Position numbers and translations under genes: made by a program
Source: Octopus sinensis
Taxonomy: Eukaryota
DNA: 10,605 nt
Assembly: GCF_006345805.1 (NCBI RefSeq)
Contig: NW_021827350.1
Coordinates: 1 to 10,605 of the forward strand
Direction of reading: 5' to 3'
The notes under the pieces: model-generated
Databases searched by the model: none
Told to the model about the DNA's origin: nothing
The model's input: only the letters and a program-made list of their open reading frames with translations
Shown: positions 8,603 to 10,605 of the stretch, piece by piece
Position numbering within the stretch: the stretch's first letter is position 1
Layout: every line of letters starts with the position of its first letter

Positions 8603-8833
8603 TTTTATTTCGTATATTTTTCACTTGTTTATTGCTATGGTTTTGTGTTGAGTTTGATCTGAGAACATAATCTTTTGTGGTGAATGGCGATTTGACGTCT
8701 ATATCTAACATGTTGACTGTCCACTTTTCGTGTTCAGTCCTTAATTGGTATATATAAATATTTTAATCTTCGGATTCTTTTTTAATATGCTAGACCACTG
8801 GTCTTAATTGATAAATATCAATTTCTACCCTTA

Positions 8834-8875
<42 letters not shown>

Positions 8876-9118
8876 GATATACATTTGAAGTAAGATGAGG
8901 ATTCCAATAGAATCAGATACTTGAAAGTTATGCATCAGGCAGGTTTGAGTAATGTCTCTGGTTCCGGCCAATGGTTGGTTGTAGTCGAGATATCCGGTAG
9001 GATATTGTGGTTTTGTACACAGAGAACATTTAGCGTCTAAGGGTTAAGGCGTTTGTCCACGTTACGCGTTACTCTAGGGTGTCCGAATAAGTCGTAAATT
9101 CCCTTGGTATATAAGAAT

Positions 9119-9365
9119 CAAATGAGTAAAAACGCGTGATGGACCGGTGTCAGCTCCATACAATTTTTTCTTACGTAACCTTCAATGAAGTATGAGTACA
9201 TTACATCATTATAAAATGCTGTGATTATCAGATGAGAACGTAATCTTTACAGAACGAAGGGGGTATCTCAGGAATGCAGTAGAGAGGCCGAGTTATAGCT
9301 CATAGTTACGTAAGAAACAGCTGTAGTGAGATGACACCTATCCATCGTGCGTTTTTATTCATTTG
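9119..9365. repeat. Imperfect inverted repeat with 61-bp arms (9119-9179 / 9305-9365), possible old MITE or fold-back element
   Basis: The arms match at 50/61 positions without gaps (manual count), around a 125-bp spacer. Confidence 0.65.
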
Positions 9366-9373
9366 GTGATATT

Positions 9374-9439
9374 TATATATATATATGTGTGTGTGTATGT
9401 ATATATATATATAGATAGATAGATAGATACATACATACA

Positions 9440-9475
<36 letters not shown>

Positions 9476-9478
9476 TAT
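9374..9478. repeat. (TA)n-(TG)n-(GATA)n-(TACA)n compound microsatellite
   Basis: Directly visible. Confidence 0.9.
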
Positions 9479-9480
9479 CC

Positions 9481-9617
9481 TATGTTTCTGACGAAGAGCT
9501 CCGCTCGAAACGTTAAATCCTCCTTCTTTCTTTCCTTTAAACCTATACTTGTTCCACGTCCTCGCGTTGTTGTGTTTTCTCTTTGTGTTTCATGTTTGGA
9601 ATAACTATATATATATA
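9481..9617 (+). mobile_element. Penelope-like element terminal fragment, related to family 1, between microsatellites
   Basis: HHR4, then a pyrimidine-rich tail, then (TA)n. The core region is similar to 3074-3107 (tttctg..gaagagc...gctcgaaacgt.aaa). Confidence 0.6.
9484..9518 (+). ncRNA. Minimal type I hammerhead ribozyme (HHR4)
   Basis: Stem I GTTT(9484-87)/AAAT(9515-18). Core CTGACGA 9488-94 plus an extra A. Stem II GAGC(9496-99)/GCTC(9503-06) with loop TCC. GAAA at 9507-10. Palindromic stem III ACGT 9510-13. Predicted GUU cleavage after 9514. Confidence 0.75.
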
Positions 9618-9620
9618 GTT

Positions 9621-9850
9621 CCACGAGGCTCCGGCAGAGGGTGGGGTGGCGAACCCTGCTGTACTATTTCACCACAACTTTCTCTCACTCTTTCTTCCTG
9701 TTTCTGTTGTACCTGTATTTCAAAGGGACCAGCCTTGTCACACCCTGAGTCGCGCTGAATCTCCCCGAGAACTACGTTAATTTCACGAGCAGGCTGTTCA
9801 GTTGATCAGATCAACTGGAACCCTCGTCGTCGTAACCGACGGAGTGCCAC
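9621..9850 (+). mobile_element. 5'-truncated non-autonomous retroposon sharing its 3' module with SINE family C but with a different 5' part
   Basis: 9707-9849 aligns to 6884-7069 with a 42-bp deletion. 9621-9706 has no match to 6745-6883. Confidence 0.75.
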
Positions 9851-9881
9851 GATAATTATACACATGCAGAAACCCAGACGC

Positions 9882-9882
<1 letters not shown>

Positions 9883-9974
<92 letters not shown>

Positions 9975-9980
9975 CAGATA
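9883..9980. repeat. (GATA)n tetranucleotide microsatellite
   Basis: Directly visible, almost perfect. Confidence 0.95.
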
Positions 9981-10117
9981 GAAATATATTATATGTGTAT
10001 GTATGCAGTGATGGATGAATATGTATTATTGGCACAGGAATTTCGTGCATCTATTGAGGCCGATGACCAGCAAAATTTCGAGGTCACAAACAAACATAGA
10101 TACAGCTATCCATTCAT

Positions 10118-10150
10118 GTATACATACATACATACATACATATACATACA

Positions 10151-10181
<31 letters not shown>

Positions 10182-10186
10182 CATAA
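10118..10186. repeat. (TACA)n microsatellite
   Basis: Directly visible. Confidence 0.9.
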
Positions 10187-10605
10187 ACAGGATATGAAGG
10201 ACGTTCCCGACATGTAGATGCAAAACAACCACTGAACTACCGAATGCAATAACGACAAAGTTAAAAACATTTAACTAATAATATTACAAAACTAAACGTT
10301 GTTTCTAAACTAGTTTATGTCTTCGGTTGCATTCCATAGTTTTATCAGTCTATTGTTTTAGGAATAATATAACGTGTTTATAAAAGCTTGTTTCTTCTAT
10401 TTCGTTTCATAGTTATATTGTTGCATACTGAGACGGCAGTAGAATAATATTATACAAAACATAAAATATTTATAGATTGTCCGTGATTGGTTAGAAAATA
10501 GATCATATAGTGAAGGGATATATATATATACAGACGCACACATACACACGTCAATGTCACCTTCGTTTTGGGATCACGAATACTTTATTATCTCCCCTTC
10601 ATACT

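Noticed and set aside
1-10605. CRISPR arrays, rRNA or prokaryotic operon features
   Set aside because: There are no regularly spaced repeat-spacer units. All tandem repeats are 2-4-nt microsatellites in eukaryotic non-coding DNA.

Overview
Eukaryotic, non-coding, very microsatellite-rich DNA, most likely an intron or intergenic segment of an Octopus (cephalopod) genome. That assignment rests on my recognition of the SINE sequences and repeat landscape and was not checked by a search. No intact protein-coding gene is visible: the listed ORFs are mostly translations of (TA)n, (GTT)n, (CCA)n and similar repeats, or chance frames in repeat elements. The window holds three families of tRNA-headed SINEs (six copies or fragments, one with a 17-bp target-site duplication) and several ends of Penelope-like retroelements (PLEs). 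The PLE ends carry four well-formed minimal type I hammerhead ribozyme (HHR) motifs (3073-3108, 3568-3652, 6106-6164, 9484-9518) and one decayed motif (~6375-6420). All lie on the + strand and all have palindromic stem III sequences. One HHR follows a decayed GIY-YIG endonuclease C-terminus (3234-3407). Another sits inside a 140-bp, 97%-identical inverted repeat whose inner boundary coincides with the predicted self-cleavage site. Also present: a possible 3' half of an HDV-like ribozyme (9621-9662), a second older inverted repeat (9119-9365), and a weak candidate host exon (8268-8397, - strand). HHRs in PLEs are established biology. The specific variants and the boundary geometry here are what merit follow-up.
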